Assembly: GCF_988242995.1 (NCBI RefSeq)
Contig: NZ_OZ547043.1
DNA: 64,000 nucleotides
Reading direction: 5' to 3' (one strand)
The stretch's first letter is position 1; each line of letters starts with the position of its first letter. Below the pieces are notes generated by a model. The model did no database searches and had not been told where the DNA came from. It was given only the letters and a program-made list of their open reading frames with translations. The position numbers were made by a program, and so were the translations under genes. Positions 11,590 through 23,948 of this stretch are shown piece after piece.

Positions 11590-11596
11590 CTAAGTA

Positions 11597-11674
11597 CCCC
11601 GGTCGGGGCTCCTCATCCCCCCGGTGTGTGCAATATACGAAAAAAAAGCCCGTACTTTCGTACGAGCTCTTCTT
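11597..11674. repeat. Copy 1 of a 78-bp module that equals the serX downstream terminator region
   Basis: Near-identical (3 differences) to 12489-12565, which sits directly 3' of intact serX; contains CCCCGGTCGGGG and CGTAC..GTACG hairpins and an A8/T8 run. Confidence 0.7.
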
Positions 11675-12385
11675 GTGCACAGAAAACCCCCAGCTAGGCT
11701 GGGGGTTCCGGAAAGCTTTCAGCTTTGAGCCAGTTATTAAAACCCCTTTTGATTTGTTAAAACACCTTGCGGTCTGGCAACTGCAAGTGTCAAACAAGAA
11801 ATCAAAAGGGGGTCCCAATGGGGGACGAAAAGAGCTTAGCGCACACCCGCTGGAACTGTAAATATCACATAGTTTTTGCGCCGAAATACCGAAGACTGGC
11901 GTTTTACGGAGAGAAGCGTAGGGCGATAGGCAGTATTTTGAGAAAGCTGTGTGAGTGGAAAAGCGTACGGATTCTGGAAGCAGAGTGCTGCGCAGATCAT
12001 ATCCATATGCTTGTGGAAATCCCACCCAAAATGAGCGTATCCGGCTTTATGGGATATCTGAAAGGGAAAAGCAGTCTGATGCTTTACGAGCAGTTTGGGG
12101 ATTTGAAATTCAAATACAGAAACAGGGAGTTCTGGTGCCGAGGGTACTATGTCGATACGGTGGGTAAGAACACGGCGAAGATACAGGACTACATAAAGCA
12201 CCAGCTTGAAGAGGATAAAATGGGAGAGCAGTTATCGATTCCCTATCCGGGCAGCCCGTTTACGGGCCGTAAGTAACGAAGTTGGATGCAAATGTCAGAT
12301 CGTGTGCGCCTGTTAGGGCGCGGCTGGTAACAGAGCCTTACAGGCGCATTTGAAAAACCTCCGGCTATGCCGGAGGATATTTATT
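11675..12385 (+). mobile_element. IS200-like insertion sequence (IS200/IS605 family), about 0.71 kb
   Basis: Single 152-aa HuH transposase; subterminal hairpins CCCCCAGC-TAG-GCTGGGGG (11687-11705) and CCTCCGGC-TAT-GCCGGAGG (12358-12376); no terminal inverted repeats; size as expected for IS200; exact ends approximate. Confidence 0.8.
11818..12276 (+). CDS. tnpA: IS200 transposase TnpA (Y1 HuH)
   Basis: 152 aa MGDEKSLAHTRWNCKYHIVFAPKYRR..HIHML..RGYYVDTVG; HuH motif and catalytic Tyr region; ORF track extends upstream to an in-frame start at 11767. Confidence 0.9.
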   Translation: MGDEKSLAHTRWNCKYHIVFAPKYRRLAFYGEKRRAIGSILRKLCEWKSVRILEAECCADHIHMLVEIPPKMSVSGFMGYLKGKSSLMLYEQFGDLKFKYRNREFWCRGYYVDTVGKNTAKIQDYIKHQLEEDKMGEQLSIPYPGSPFTGRK

Positions 12386-12391
12386 TAAATA

Positions 12392-12488
12392 TGGCGGTGA
12401 GGGGGGGATTGACTCGCTTCGCTCGCCCTGCGGGCAGCCCGCTCACTGCGTTCACGGTCTGTCCAACTGGCTGTCGCCAGTTGTCGAA
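12392..12488 (-). repeat. Degenerate copy of serX 3' end (19-bp exact direct repeat 12392-12410) plus 78 bp of unrelated sequence; att-like scar
   Basis: TGGCGGTGAGGGGGGGATT is identical to the 3' end of intact serX at 12572-12590; upstream part does not fold into a tRNA. Confidence 0.6.
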
Positions 12489-12565
12489 CCCCGGTCGGGG
12501 CTTCTCATCCCCCGGTGTGTGCAATATACGAAAAAAAAGCCCGTACCTTCGTACGAGCTCTTCTT
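12489..12565 (-). terminator. serX downstream hairpin/terminator region (copy 2 of the 78-bp module)
   Basis: On the serX sense strand the tRNA is followed by GCTCGTACGAAGGTACGGGC hairpin and T8. Confidence 0.65.
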
Positions 12566-12571
12566 TAAAGA

Positions 12572-12659
12572 TGGCGGTGAGGGGGGGATTCGAACCCCCG
12601 ATACGTTGCCGTATACACACTTTCCAGGCGTGCTCCTTCAGCCACTCGGACACCTCACC
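12572..12659 (-). tRNA. serX: tRNA-Ser (serX type)
   Basis: 88 nt, sense strand GGTGAGGTGTCCGAGTGGCTGAAGGAGCACGCCTGGAAAGTGTGTATACGGCAACGTATCGGGGGTTCGAATCCCCCCCTCACCGCCA; long variable arm typical of tRNA-Ser, encoded CCA. Confidence 0.9.
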
Positions 12660-12693
12660 AAATTGTTGTTCCTGTCTTGCTGGAACGGGCGCT

Positions 12694-12722
12694 AATTTAG
12701 GGAAATCATGACCTGAGGTCAA
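12694..12722 (-). promoter_or_regulatory. Putative sigma70 promoter of serX
   Basis: On minus strand TTGACC (12717-12722), 17-bp spacer, TAAATT (12694-12699), GC-rich discriminator, about 30 nt before the tRNA 5' end. Confidence 0.5.
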
Positions 12723-12853
12723 CAAACTTTTTTAAAAAATCGCGTGTTTATTCAAACTTCAATCAATATGCAGTTTTAATAAGCGAAATCTGCTTTTTTT
12801 GCCACCGACCACGGATTTGTTATGCTGGTGGCTTTTGTAGATCATAACGATAA

Positions 12854-13831
<978 letters not shown>

Positions 13832-13885
13832 TAAAGCATCTGGTTTCCTGCTATCCTTGGCGGGAATTGAATACAGGAGAGAGTT

Positions 13886-14623
13886 ATGTATCCCGTCGAC
13901 CTTCATATGCATACCGTTGCCAGCACGCATGCATATAGCACATTGAGTGATTACATTGCCCAGGCCAAACAAAAGGGCATTAAACTTTTTGCTATCACCG
14001 ATCATGGCCCGGATATGGAAGATGCGCCTCATCACTGGCACTTCATTAACATGCGTATCTGGCCGCGAGTGGTTGATGGGGTAGGGATCCTGCGCGGCAT
14101 CGAAGCTAACATTAAAAATGTTGATGGTGAAATTGATTGCAGCGGCAAAATGTTTGATTCGCTGGATCTGATTATTGCCGGTTTTCATGAGCCGGTTTTT
14201 GCGCCACATGACAAAGCGACCAATACGCAAGCGATGATCGCCACTATCGCCAGCGGCAATGTGCATATAATAAGCCATCCCGGAAATCCGAAATATGAAA
14301 TAGATGTTAAAGCCGTTGCTGAAGCAGCCGCGAAACATCAGGTGGCGCTGGAAATCAATAATTCCTCTTTTTTACACTCACGTAAGGGAAGTGAAGACAA
14401 TTGTCGTGCGGTAGCCGCAGCGGTACGTGACGCTGGAGGTTGGGTGGCATTAGGCTCGGATTCTCACACCGCGTTTACCATGGGTGAATTTGAAGAGTGT
14501 CTTAAAATCCTCGACGCGGTAGATTTTCCGCCAGAACGCATTTTGAATGTTTCTCCGCGCCGCTTACTGAACTTCCTTGAATCTCGCGGTATGGCACCGA
14601 TTGCGGAATTTGCAGACCTTTAA
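13886..14623 (+). CDS. ycdX: YcdX PHP-family zinc phosphatase
   Basis: 245 aa; HMHT motif at N-terminus. Confidence 0.94.
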
Positions 14624-14646
14624 TTACTAGTAATGGAAATATATTA

Positions 14647-15201
14647 ATGAACGAGTTTTCTATCCTCTGTCGTGTGCTGGGTTCGCTCTATTACCGCCAA
14701 CCACAAGATCCTTTACTGGTGCCGCTGTTTACCCTGATTCGTGAGGGGAAACTGGCTGCGAACTGGCCACTGGAGCAGGATGAGTTGCTGACACGTTTGC
14801 AGAAAAGCTGTGATATGACGCAAGTCTCTGCCGATTACAATGCGTTGTTTATCGGCGATGAATGTGCTGTGCCGCCATATCGTAGCGCATGGGTTGAGGG
14901 CGCGACGGAAGCGGAAGTGCGCGCTTTTCTTTCCGAACGGGGGATGCCATTAGCGGATACGCCAGCCGATCACATCGGCACATTGCTGCTCGCGGCTTCC
15001 TGGCTGGAAGATCAGTCAACGGAAGATGAGAGCGAAGCACTGGAAACACTGTTCAGTGAGTATCTGTTACCCTGGTGTGGTGCGTTCCTCGGCAAAGTGG
15101 AGGCTCATGCAACCACGCCTTTCTGGCGCACCATGGCACCGCTAACCCGCGATGCCATTAGTGCAATGTGGGACGAGCTGGAAGAAGATTCTGAAGAGTA
15201 A
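14647..15201 (+). CDS. ycdY: YcdY redox-enzyme-maturation-type chaperone
   Basis: 184 aa matches recalled YcdY. Confidence 0.93.
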   Translation: MNEFSILCRVLGSLYYRQPQDPLLVPLFTLIREGKLAANWPLEQDELLTRLQKSCDMTQVSADYNALFIGDECAVPPYRSAWVEGATEAEVRAFLSERGMPLADTPADHIGTLLLAASWLEDQSTEDESEALETLFSEYLLPWCGAFLGKVEAHATTPFWRTMAPLTRDAISAMWDELEEDSEE

Positions 15202-15302
15202 ATGTGATCTGCATCACTCATAACTGCAACAGATAATTTGCCGTTGCATAAAATGTGTGCTCGATCTCATTCATGGCCGCGTTTTCTGCTATCATGCGCG
15301 GC

Positions 15303-15794
15303 ATGAACATACTTCTCTCTATTGCAATCACAACAGGCATTCTCTCCGGTATCTGGGGATGGGTGGCTGTTTCCCTGGGCTTACTAAGCTGGGCGGGCTT
15401 CCTGGGCTGTACGGCCTACTTTGCCTGCCCGCAAGGTGGGCTGAAAGGGCTGGCGATCTCCGCTGCAACCCTGCTTAGTGGCGTGGTGTGGGCGATGGTC
15501 ATTATTTACGGTAGTGCATTGGCACCACATCTGGAAATTCTCGGTTATGTCATAACCGGTATTGTCGCGTTTCTGATGTGTATTCAGGCCAAACAGCTGC
15601 TGCTTTCATTTGTTCCGGGAACGTTTATAGGCGCATGCGCGACGTTTGCCGGGCAGGGTGACTGGAAACTGGTGTTACCTTCGCTGGCGCTCGGGTTGAT
15701 ATTTGGTTACGCAATGAAAAACAGCGGCCTGTGGCTGGCGGCGCGTAGTACGAAGATCGCTCACCGTGAGCAGCAAATCAAAAATAAAGCGTGA
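15303..15794 (+). CDS. ycdZ: YcdZ inner membrane protein (DUF1097)
   Basis: 163 aa from ATG 15303 (MNILLSIAITTG); ORF track begins upstream at 15255. Confidence 0.88.
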   Translation: MNILLSIAITTGILSGIWGWVAVSLGLLSWAGFLGCTAYFACPQGGLKGLAISAATLLSGVVWAMVIIYGSALAPHLEILGYVITGIVAFLMCIQAKQLLLSFVPGTFIGACATFAGQGDWKLVLPSLALGLIFGYAMKNSGLWLAARSTKIAHREQQIKNKA

Positions 15795-15858
15795 GGGGCA
15801 CTCACGCTTTCGCTTAAACAGTAAAATGCCGGATTATTAATTCCGGCATTTTTATCTA

Positions 15859-16692
15859 TCAGGATTCCGGTGGAACCGACATATGGCGGTATTTCACTAG
15901 AATGTCATTCTGCCGTTCTGCTTTATTTTGCAAATCCCAAAGACCGCGGTCGATACCATCATTAATCAGGAAAATGACGCCTGTTTCGATAGCCGACATT
16001 AGGCACAGCATAACGGGTTCGTTCGAGGTGTAACCTACTTCCCCTTCCAGCAAGCGCTGGTAGTCAATAAAGCGGAAAACCCCGGCCTGAACTTCATAGG
16101 AAAGTATCGTCTTACTAGTGTTCACCGAGGAGAGGATCTCGCCGGTACTCACATTGACGACGCGCAGGTTCACGGCAATCTGATCAAGCTGGTATTGCGT
16201 GTCGGCACCGATCCCAAAATATCTTGCCCCAACCCCGCCCGATTTGACGTTGCTTTCATAACCGATAATTGAACCTTCAACCATGATATTTGCCGCCGTT
16301 AAAGACTGCAGCGGGATTCGGTTATTAATGGCAACCGTACCGTTTTCTTGTGCCGCACGAATAATCTTGCGCTCGTTAAGCAGGTTTTGTAAGCCCTGGC
16401 GCTCCAGCGGTATAAACCAGCGAGAATCTTTCAATGCCGTGACCAGCATTGCCGTGGCGCTTTGCGGAACAGCAGTGGAGAAGTTACTTGCCGGGTAAGG
16501 TTTAAATTGCCCGGTTTCGTCCTGAATGTTGTATACCGAAACAAAGATCTTACCCGTCGGCGCTGGCAGATGGGTCAAATCTTTGTAGCTCTGAGCACGA
16601 GGCATTAATGTCGGTCTGGCGGCTTCTTTAGGCGGGGCGGTTAAGCATCCGCTCAGTAACATGACGGCAACCAAAAGAAATAAGCGCTGCAT
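15859..16692 (-). CDS. csgG: CsgG curli secretion channel lipoprotein
   Basis: 277 aa, lipobox LSGC. Confidence 0.96.
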   Translation of the reverse strand: MQRLFLLVAVMLLSGCLTAPPKEAARPTLMPRAQSYKDLTHLPAPTGKIFVSVYNIQDETGQFKPYPASNFSTAVPQSATAMLVTALKDSRWFIPLERQGLQNLLNERKIIRAAQENGTVAINNRIPLQSLTAANIMVEGSIIGYESNVKSGGVGARYFGIGADTQYQLDQIAVNLRVVNVSTGEILSSVNTSKTILSYEVQAGVFRFIDYQRLLEGEVGYTSNEPVMLCLMSAIETGVIFLINDGIDRGLWDLQNKAERQNDILVKYRHMSVPPES

Positions 16693-16718
16693 GATTATTT
16701 TCCTTATGAAGCTGGGGC

Positions 16719-17135
16719 TTAAAAATCGGTTGAGTTATTTTGTAAACCCGAAACCTGGATGGTCGAGGTTTGTCCGGTTTTACGATCTGTCACGTTCAAC
16801 TGCAATTGACCATCGCGGTTAGCAATATCAACAATATAATCGTTGGTCACCATGCGGCCCGGTTTACCGGTATTAATATTCGACAGTAGCCCACCTAAAA
16901 TTTGTGACTGGATGGCCTGAGTAAAGTTATCTAACGCTGAGGGTGTTTCAATACCATAGTCATCGTTATAGCTCGGATCTTTATACGAGTTTTGGGCCTG
17001 GGCGCTATTTAATAAAAAAGCGCCATTATTGGGGTTACCACCAAAGTTTGGATTACGGAACTGAAAAGTCATTGTTCCAGCCCAACTTAATGGCGAAATA
17101 AGCATGAGTAGAACTACTGCATGTTTGACACGCAT
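16719..17135 (-). CDS. csgF: CsgF curli assembly component
   Basis: 138 aa. Confidence 0.95.
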   Translation of the reverse strand: MRVKHAVVLLMLISPLSWAGTMTFQFRNPNFGGNPNNGAFLLNSAQAQNSYKDPSYNDDYGIETPSALDNFTQAIQSQILGGLLSNINTGKPGRMVTNDYIVDIANRDGQLQLNVTDRKTGQTSTIQVSGLQNNSTDF

Positions 17136-17159
17136 TGCAGCCTCCGAACAATTTTTTAT

Positions 17160-17549
17160 TTAGAATTCATCATGCGCCAAATCGCCCGTACTTAATAACG
17201 CCTGATTTATCTGGCGACGATTTAGTGCTTCTTCAGTTTGAATCAGTGCAAAGACGACAGTTTTTTCGAAGTCTCTTTTCAACGGGAATAAAAAAGTCTG
17301 GAAAATAACGTCCTGATTGACCGTTATAGTGATCCAGCTTCCCCATCGTGCACTGGGCCTTTCATTAATCGTTAAGTTACCCGTATAGTCACTTTCCCAT
17401 TTATCACTAAAGGCTCGGTAAAAATCATGGCCAATAGATGAAACAGTATGGTCAGTTAACAATCCCGGGACTTCTACCTCAACGGCGTGAAGATTCCCTG
17501 CGGCGAACAGAAATTCTGCCGCCACAATCCAGCGTAAATAACGTTTCAT
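17160..17549 (-). CDS. csgE: CsgE curli secretion specificity factor
   Basis: 129 aa. Confidence 0.95.
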
Positions 17550-17553
17550 GGCT

Positions 17554-18204
<651 letters not shown>

Positions 18205-18958
18205 GATGAAACCCCGCTTTTTTTATTGATCGCACACCTGACAGCTGCCTCTAAAATAGAAGCACCAGAAGTACTGACAGATGTTGCACTGCTGTGTGTA
18301 GTAATAAATCAGCCCTAAATGGGTAAAATATAAAACTAATGGATTACATCTGATTTCAATCTAGCCATTACAAATCTTAAATCAAGTGTTAAACATGTAA
18401 CTAAATGTAACTCGTTATATTAAAATGTTAATCTTAAGGTTTTGTTAAGTTTAGAAATGATAGAAAAGTTGTACATTTGGTTTTTATTGCACAATTTTAA
18501 AAAATCATACAAATGGTGCTAACTTACTAATAATGCATATAAAAAATATTTCGGTGTAGTCCTTTCGTCATGTAAAACGTTGTTGTTTTTTCTTCACACC
18601 TCCGTGGACAATTTTTTACTGCAAAAAGACGAGGTTTGTCACGGCTTGTGCGCAAGACATATCGCAGCAATCAGCGACGGGCAAGAAGAATGGCTGTCTG
18701 GTGATTTTTGATTGCGGAAAACGGAGATTTAAAAGAAAACAAAATATTTTTTTGCGTAGATAACAGCGTATTTACGTGGGTTTTAATACTTTGGTATGAA
18801 CAAAAAAAGAAAAATACAACGCGCGGGTGAGTTATTAAAAATATTTCCGCAGACATACTTTCCATCGTAACGCAGCGTTAACAAAATACAGGTTGCGTTA
18901 ACAACCAAGTTGAAATGATTTAATTTCTTAAATGTACGACCAGGTCCAGGGTGACAAC
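18205..18958. promoter_or_regulatory. csgD-csgB divergent intergenic control region
   Basis: 754 bp, strongly AT-rich; contains GTTACATTTAGTTACATGTTTAACAC on the csgD strand (about 18386-18414), consistent with the OmpR/CpxR region of the csgD promoter. Confidence 0.8.
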
Positions 18959-19414
18959 ATGAAAAACAAATTGTTATTTATGATGTTAACAATACTGGGT
19001 GCGCCTGGGATTGCAGCCGCAGCAGGTTATGATTTAGCTAATTCAGAATATAACTTCGCGGTAAATGAATTGAGTAAGTCTTCATTTAATCAGGCAGCCA
19101 TAATTGGTCAAGCTGGGACTAATAATAGTGCTCAGGTACGGCAGGGAGGCTCAAAACTTTTGGCGGTTGTTGCGCAAGAAGGTAGTAGCAATCGGGCAAA
19201 GATTGACCAGACAGGAGATTATAACCTTGCATATATTGATCAGGCGGGCAGTTCCAACGATGCCAGTATTTCGCAAGGTGCTTATGGTAATACTGCGATG
19301 ATTATCCAGAAAGGTTCTGGTAATAAAGCAAATATTACACAGTATGGTACTCAAAAAACGGCAATTGTAGTGCAGAGACAGTCGCAAATGGCAATTCGCG
19401 TGACACAACGTTAA
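18959..19414 (+). CDS. csgB: CsgB minor curlin nucleator
   Basis: 151 aa from ATG 18959 (MKNKLLFMMLTILG); ORF track begins upstream at 18932. Confidence 0.93.
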   Translation: MKNKLLFMMLTILGAPGIAAAAGYDLANSEYNFAVNELSKSSFNQAAIIGQAGTNNSAQVRQGGSKLLAVVAQEGSSNRAKIDQTGDYNLAYIDQAGSSNDASISQGAYGNTAMIIQKGSGNKANITQYGTQKTAIVVQRQSQMAIRVTQR

Positions 19415-19454
19415 TTACTATTCGACTTTTAAATCAATCCGATGGGGGTTTTAC

Positions 19455-19910
19455 ATGAAACTTTTAAAAGTAGCAGCAATTGCAGCAATCGTATTCTCCG
19501 GTAGCGCTCTGGCAGGTGTTGTTCCTCAGTACGGCGGCGGCGGTAACCACGGTGGTGGCGGTAATAATAGCGGCCCAAATTCAGAGCTGAACATTTACCA
19601 GTACGGTGGCGGTAACTCTGCACTTGCTCTGCAAGCTGACGCCCGTAACTCTGATCTGACCATTACCCAGCACGGCGGCGGTAACGGCGCAGATGTTGGC
19701 CAAGGTTCTGATGACAGCTCAATCGATCTGACTCAGCGTGGTTTCGGCAACAGCGCTACTCTTGATCAGTGGAATGGTAAAGATTCTACTATGACTGTTA
19801 AACAGTTCGGTGGCGGTAACGGTGCTGCTGTTGACCAGACTGCATCTAACTCCAGCGTTAACGTCACTCAGGTTGGCTTTGGTAACAACGCGACCGCTCA
19901 TCAGTACTAA
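19455..19910 (+). CDS. csgA: CsgA major curlin subunit
   Basis: 151 aa with five imperfect S-x5-Q-x-G-x-G-N-x-A repeats. Confidence 0.97.
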   Translation: MKLLKVAAIAAIVFSGSALAGVVPQYGGGGNHGGGGNNSGPNSELNIYQYGGGNSALALQADARNSDLTITQHGGGNGADVGQGSDDSSIDLTQRGFGNSATLDQWNGKDSTMTVKQFGGGNGAAVDQTASNSSVNVTQVGFGNNATAHQY

Positions 19911-19967
19911 TACACATCTGTATTAAAGAAACAGGGCGCAAGCCCTGTTTTTTTTCGGGAGAAGAAT

Positions 19968-20351
<384 letters not shown>

Positions 20352-20352
20352 G

Positions 20353-20732
<380 letters not shown>

Positions 20733-20826
20733 GTTTCTGAACAACTCACCTTGCTGAGCAGAAAAATGCGATTTAACCAAAAAGCCTGCTGTACACTTAA
20801 GAAACAAGAAGGTGTAAGGAGGCGTT

Positions 20827-21360
20827 ATGAAAACGCGTATTCATGTTGTGCAGGGTGATATTACCAAACTGGCCGTTGATGTGATTGTGAATGCGGCTAA
20901 TCCGTCATTAATGGGAGGCGGCGGCGTCGATGGGGCCATTCATCGCGCAGCGGGTCCGGCTCTGCTGGATGCCTGTTTAAAAGTCAGGCAACAGCAGGGC
21001 GATTGCCCTACGGGGCATGCCGTTATTACGCTTGCAGGCGATCTTCCCGCTAAAGCCGTAGTGCACACCGTCGGGCCAGTCTGGCGTGGTGGTGAACAAA
21101 ACGAAGACCAGCTTTTGCAGGATGCCTATCTCAATAGTCTGCGACTGGTGGCGGCAAACAGCTATACGTCAGTGGCATTTCCTGCAATCAGTACTGGGGT
21201 TTATGGTTACCCTCGTGCGGCAGCGGCTGAAATCGCAGTAAAAACCGTTTCAGAATTTATTACCCGTCACGCTTTACCCGAACAGGTATACTTTGTCTGT
21301 TATGATGAAGAAAACACCCACCTCTACGAAAGACTCCTTACCCAACAAGGAGATGAATGA
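20827..21360 (+). CDS. ymdB: YmdB macrodomain O-acetyl-ADP-ribose deacetylase
   Basis: 177 aa. Confidence 0.93.
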   Translation: MKTRIHVVQGDITKLAVDVIVNAANPSLMGGGGVDGAIHRAAGPALLDACLKVRQQQGDCPTGHAVITLAGDLPAKAVVHTVGPVWRGGEQNEDQLLQDAYLNSLRLVAANSYTSVAFPAISTGVYGYPRAAAAEIAVKTVSEFITRHALPEQVYFVCYDEENTHLYERLLTQQGDE

Positions 21361-21361
21361 T

Positions 21362-22783
21362 TTGCCCCGGCTGGCGAGCGCGGTGCTGCCACTGTGTTCG
21401 CAACATCCCGGTCAGTGTGGCCTTTTCCCTCTGGAGAAAAGTCTGGATGCGTTTGCCGCCCGGTATCGTCTGGCCGAAATGGCAGAGCATACGCTGGATG
21501 TTCAGTATTACATCTGGCAGGACGATATGTCGGGTCGGTTACTGTTTTCCGCCCTGTTAGCCGCAGCAAAGCGTGGCGTTCGCGTCCGTTTGTTGCTGGA
21601 CGACAACAATACACCCGGACTTGACGACATTTTACGCTTGCTTGACAGTCATCCCCGCATTGAAGTCCGGCTTTTTAATCCTTTCTCGTTTCGCTTGCTA
21701 CGTCCGCTTGGTTATATCACCGACTTTTCCCGTCTCAATCGCCGTATGCACAATAAAAGTTTCACTGTTGATGGCGTGGTGACGCTGGTAGGGGGGCGAA
21801 ATATTGGTGATGCCTATTTTGGGGCAGGGGAAGAGCCACTTTTTTCGGATTTAGATGTCATGGCAATAGGACCAGTTGTAGAGGACGTTGCCGATGATTT
21901 CGCCCGCTACTGGTATTGCAAATCGGTTTCACCCTTACAGCAGGTGCTGGATGTCCCGGAAGGTGAAATGGCGGATCGCATCGAGTTACCAGCATCCTGG
22001 CACAACGATGCCATGACGCATCGTTATTTACGCAAAATGGAATCCAGCCCGTTTATAAATCATCTGGTTGATGGAACGTTGCCGCTTATCTGGGCGAAAA
22101 CACGTTTATTAAGTGATGATCCGGCGAAAGGGGAAGGCAAGGCAAAACGGCATTCACTGTTACCGCAGCGCCTGTTCGATATCATGGGCTCACCCAGTGA
22201 ACGCATCGATATTATCTCTTCCTATTTTGTACCGACACGCGCAGGTGTGGCGCAACTCTTACGGATGGTGAGAAAAGGGGTAAAGATTGCGATCCTAACC
22301 AATTCTCTTGCCGCTAACGATGTTGCTGTCGTCCATGCCGGATACGCACGCTGGCGCAAAAAATTGCTCCGCTACGGCGTGGAATTATATGAACTCAAGC
22401 CGACGCGTGAACAAAGTAGTACGTTACACGATCGCGGCATAACCGGTAATTCCGGTGCCAGCCTGCATGCTAAAACCTTTAGCATCGATGGTAAAACGGT
22501 GTTTATCGGCTCTTTCAATTTCGATCCGCGTTCAACATTGCTCAATACTGAAATGGGCTTCGTGATAGAGAGCGAAACGCTGGCACAGTTAATTGATAAA
22601 CGCTTTATTCAGAGCCAGTATGATGCGGCCTGGCAGCTCCGTCTGGACAGGTGGGGACGGATCAACTGGGTTGATCGTCATGCAAAGAAAGAGATTGTTC
22701 TCAAAAAAGAACCCGCCACCAGTTTCTGGAAGCGGGTTATGGTCAGACTGGCGTCGATATTGCCTGTGGAATGGTTATTGTAA
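21362..22783 (+). CDS. clsC: ClsC cardiolipin synthase C (phospholipase D family)
   Basis: Two HxK-x4-D motifs (HNKSFTVDG, HAKTFSIDG); start ambiguous: ATG at 21353 overlaps ymdB stop, TTG at 21362 gives the 473-aa form I recall. Confidence 0.88.
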   Translation: MPRLASAVLPLCSQHPGQCGLFPLEKSLDAFAARYRLAEMAEHTLDVQYYIWQDDMSGRLLFSALLAAAKRGVRVRLLLDDNNTPGLDDILRLLDSHPRIEVRLFNPFSFRLLRPLGYITDFSRLNRRMHNKSFTVDGVVTLVGGRNIGDAYFGAGEEPLFSDLDVMAIGPVVEDVADDFARYWYCKSVSPLQQVLDVPEGEMADRIELPASWHNDAMTHRYLRKMESSPFINHLVDGTLPLIWAKTRLLSDDPAKGEGKAKRHSLLPQRLFDIMGSPSERIDIISSYFVPTRAGVAQLLRMVRKGVKIAILTNSLAANDVAVVHAGYARWRKKLLRYGVELYELKPTREQSSTLHDRGITGNSGASLHAKTFSIDGKTVFIGSFNFDPRSTLLNTEMGFVIESETLAQLIDKRFIQSQYDAAWQLRLDRWGRINWVDRHAKKEIVLKKEPATSFWKRVMVRLASILPVEWLL

Positions 22784-22790
22784 ACGCGGC

Positions 22791-23948
22791 TTAACGGGCT
22801 GGTGCTTTATCGTTCTCACGCTTAACAACCGGTTTACCAGAGAACAAAAACTTCAGTAACGGGATGCGTAAATGAATTTCATACAGAATTATCGCAATCC
22901 CTACTACGAATATCAGGCCACAGAGAAAACCAAGCCAGTTGGAGGTGATGTGCGGTGTAATGTATGCGCCGAAAAACAGCGTTAACGGGTGGTGAACCAG
23001 ATAGATAAACAGCGATGCGTTAACAAAATAAGTCACCCGCGCTGACTGGAAGTTAAGCAAACGGTGGCCAAAGGAGAAGACCACATTTACCATCCACAGA
23101 CCGAGGACCATGGTGATCACCGACTCGGTTTCGTACATCCAGGCATCGCCACTGCCATAGCGCTGGTTGAGTAAATAAGCGACAAACGCCAATGCTGCTG
23201 CAAGGGTACAGCCACGAGACGGCGTGGTAAACAAGGCTTTAAGGTGAGGGAAAATGAAAGCCAGTGCGCCGAGGATAAAGAACGGCAAATAAAATAGCGT
23301 TTGCATGACAATAAAATTGAACATGCCGTTACTCAGAATGGGCGGATACACAATAAAAATCGTTCTTCTTATTACCGCATAGCCGATGCCGAGGCACAAA
23401 AAAATCACCGATAGTTTTACCATCGAGAATTTTTTATTCGTTTTATCAGAATTTTCTAAATTATTTCTGATGCGTTTAAATATCCATACGCACAGCGTCG
23501 TCATGACTACTAACACCAGTAAAAACCACAGGTGTGATATTAATTCCCAGGCCAACGTATTATATTTGTCATACAATGACAGGCCAGGCCAACTTTCCGC
23601 TTTCCCTTTGACGTATTGCAGCATAATAAATTGCGGTAATGTCAGTAGGGGGATGGCTGTTAACATCGGGATACCTACACGTTCGACACGTACTTTCCAC
23701 CATTTTTTCAAGGGATAGCGTAAAAAAAGCATGTAGGAAAAGTACCCGGATATAACGAAAAATACCTGCATGCGGAACGAGTGGATGAAGTCATTAAAAA
23801 GGGTCAGCCACAATGACGGTTCGGCGCTATTCACATGCCATGTATGGCTCGAATAGATTAAAGAAATATGAAAAGGGATCCCTAACAACATCAGCCAGGC
23901 GCGGATGGAGTCGAGGAAATATTCACGTTGCGCGGGTACTGGATTCAT
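22791..23948 (-). CDS. opgC: OpgC, OPG succinylation membrane protein
   Basis: 385 aa polytopic acyltransferase-3 family. Confidence 0.93.
   Translation of the reverse strand: MNPVPAQREYFLDSIRAWLMLLGIPFHISLIYSSHTWHVNSAEPSLWLTLFNDFIHSFRMQVFFVISGYFSYMLFLRYPLKKWWKVRVERVGIPMLTAIPLLTLPQFIMLQYVKGKAESWPGLSLYDKYNTLAWELISHLWFLLVLVVMTTLCVWIFKRIRNNLENSDKTNKKFSMVKLSVIFLCLGIGYAVIRRTIFIVYPPILSNGMFNFIVMQTLFYLPFFILGALAFIFPHLKALFTTPSRGCTLAAALAFVAYLLNQRYGSGDAWMYETESVITMVLGLWMVNVVFSFGHRLLNFQSARVTYFVNASLFIYLVHHPLTLFFGAYITPHITSNWLGFLCGLIFVVGIAIILYEIHLRIPLLKFLFSGKPVVKRENDKAPAR

Noticed and set aside
11501-12025. 174-aa minus-strand ORF spanning the orphan ORF end, the 78-bp repeat and the IS200 left end
   Set aside because: Crosses three unrelated sequence modules and is antisense to tnpA; no RBS seen; an artefact of the ORF scan.
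12367-12725. 114-aa ORFs on both strands across the serX tRNA and its duplicated 3' fragment
   Set aside because: They run through a tRNA gene and hairpin repeats; the sequence is explained by the tRNA and att-like modules.
15255-15302. Upstream in-frame extensions of several ORF-track entries (ycdZ, csgB, opgG, opgH, lpxL, trhO, yceJ, yceB, mdtH, murJ, flgH, flgJ, yceF)
   Set aside because: In each case the recognisable protein begins at an internal Met/Val with a better context; the longest-ORF start was not used.
19455-19910. Tandem repeat signal inside csgA (possible repeat array)
   Set aside because: These are the five imperfect amyloid-forming repeats of the curlin protein, in frame and protein-coding, not a DNA repeat element or CRISPR.
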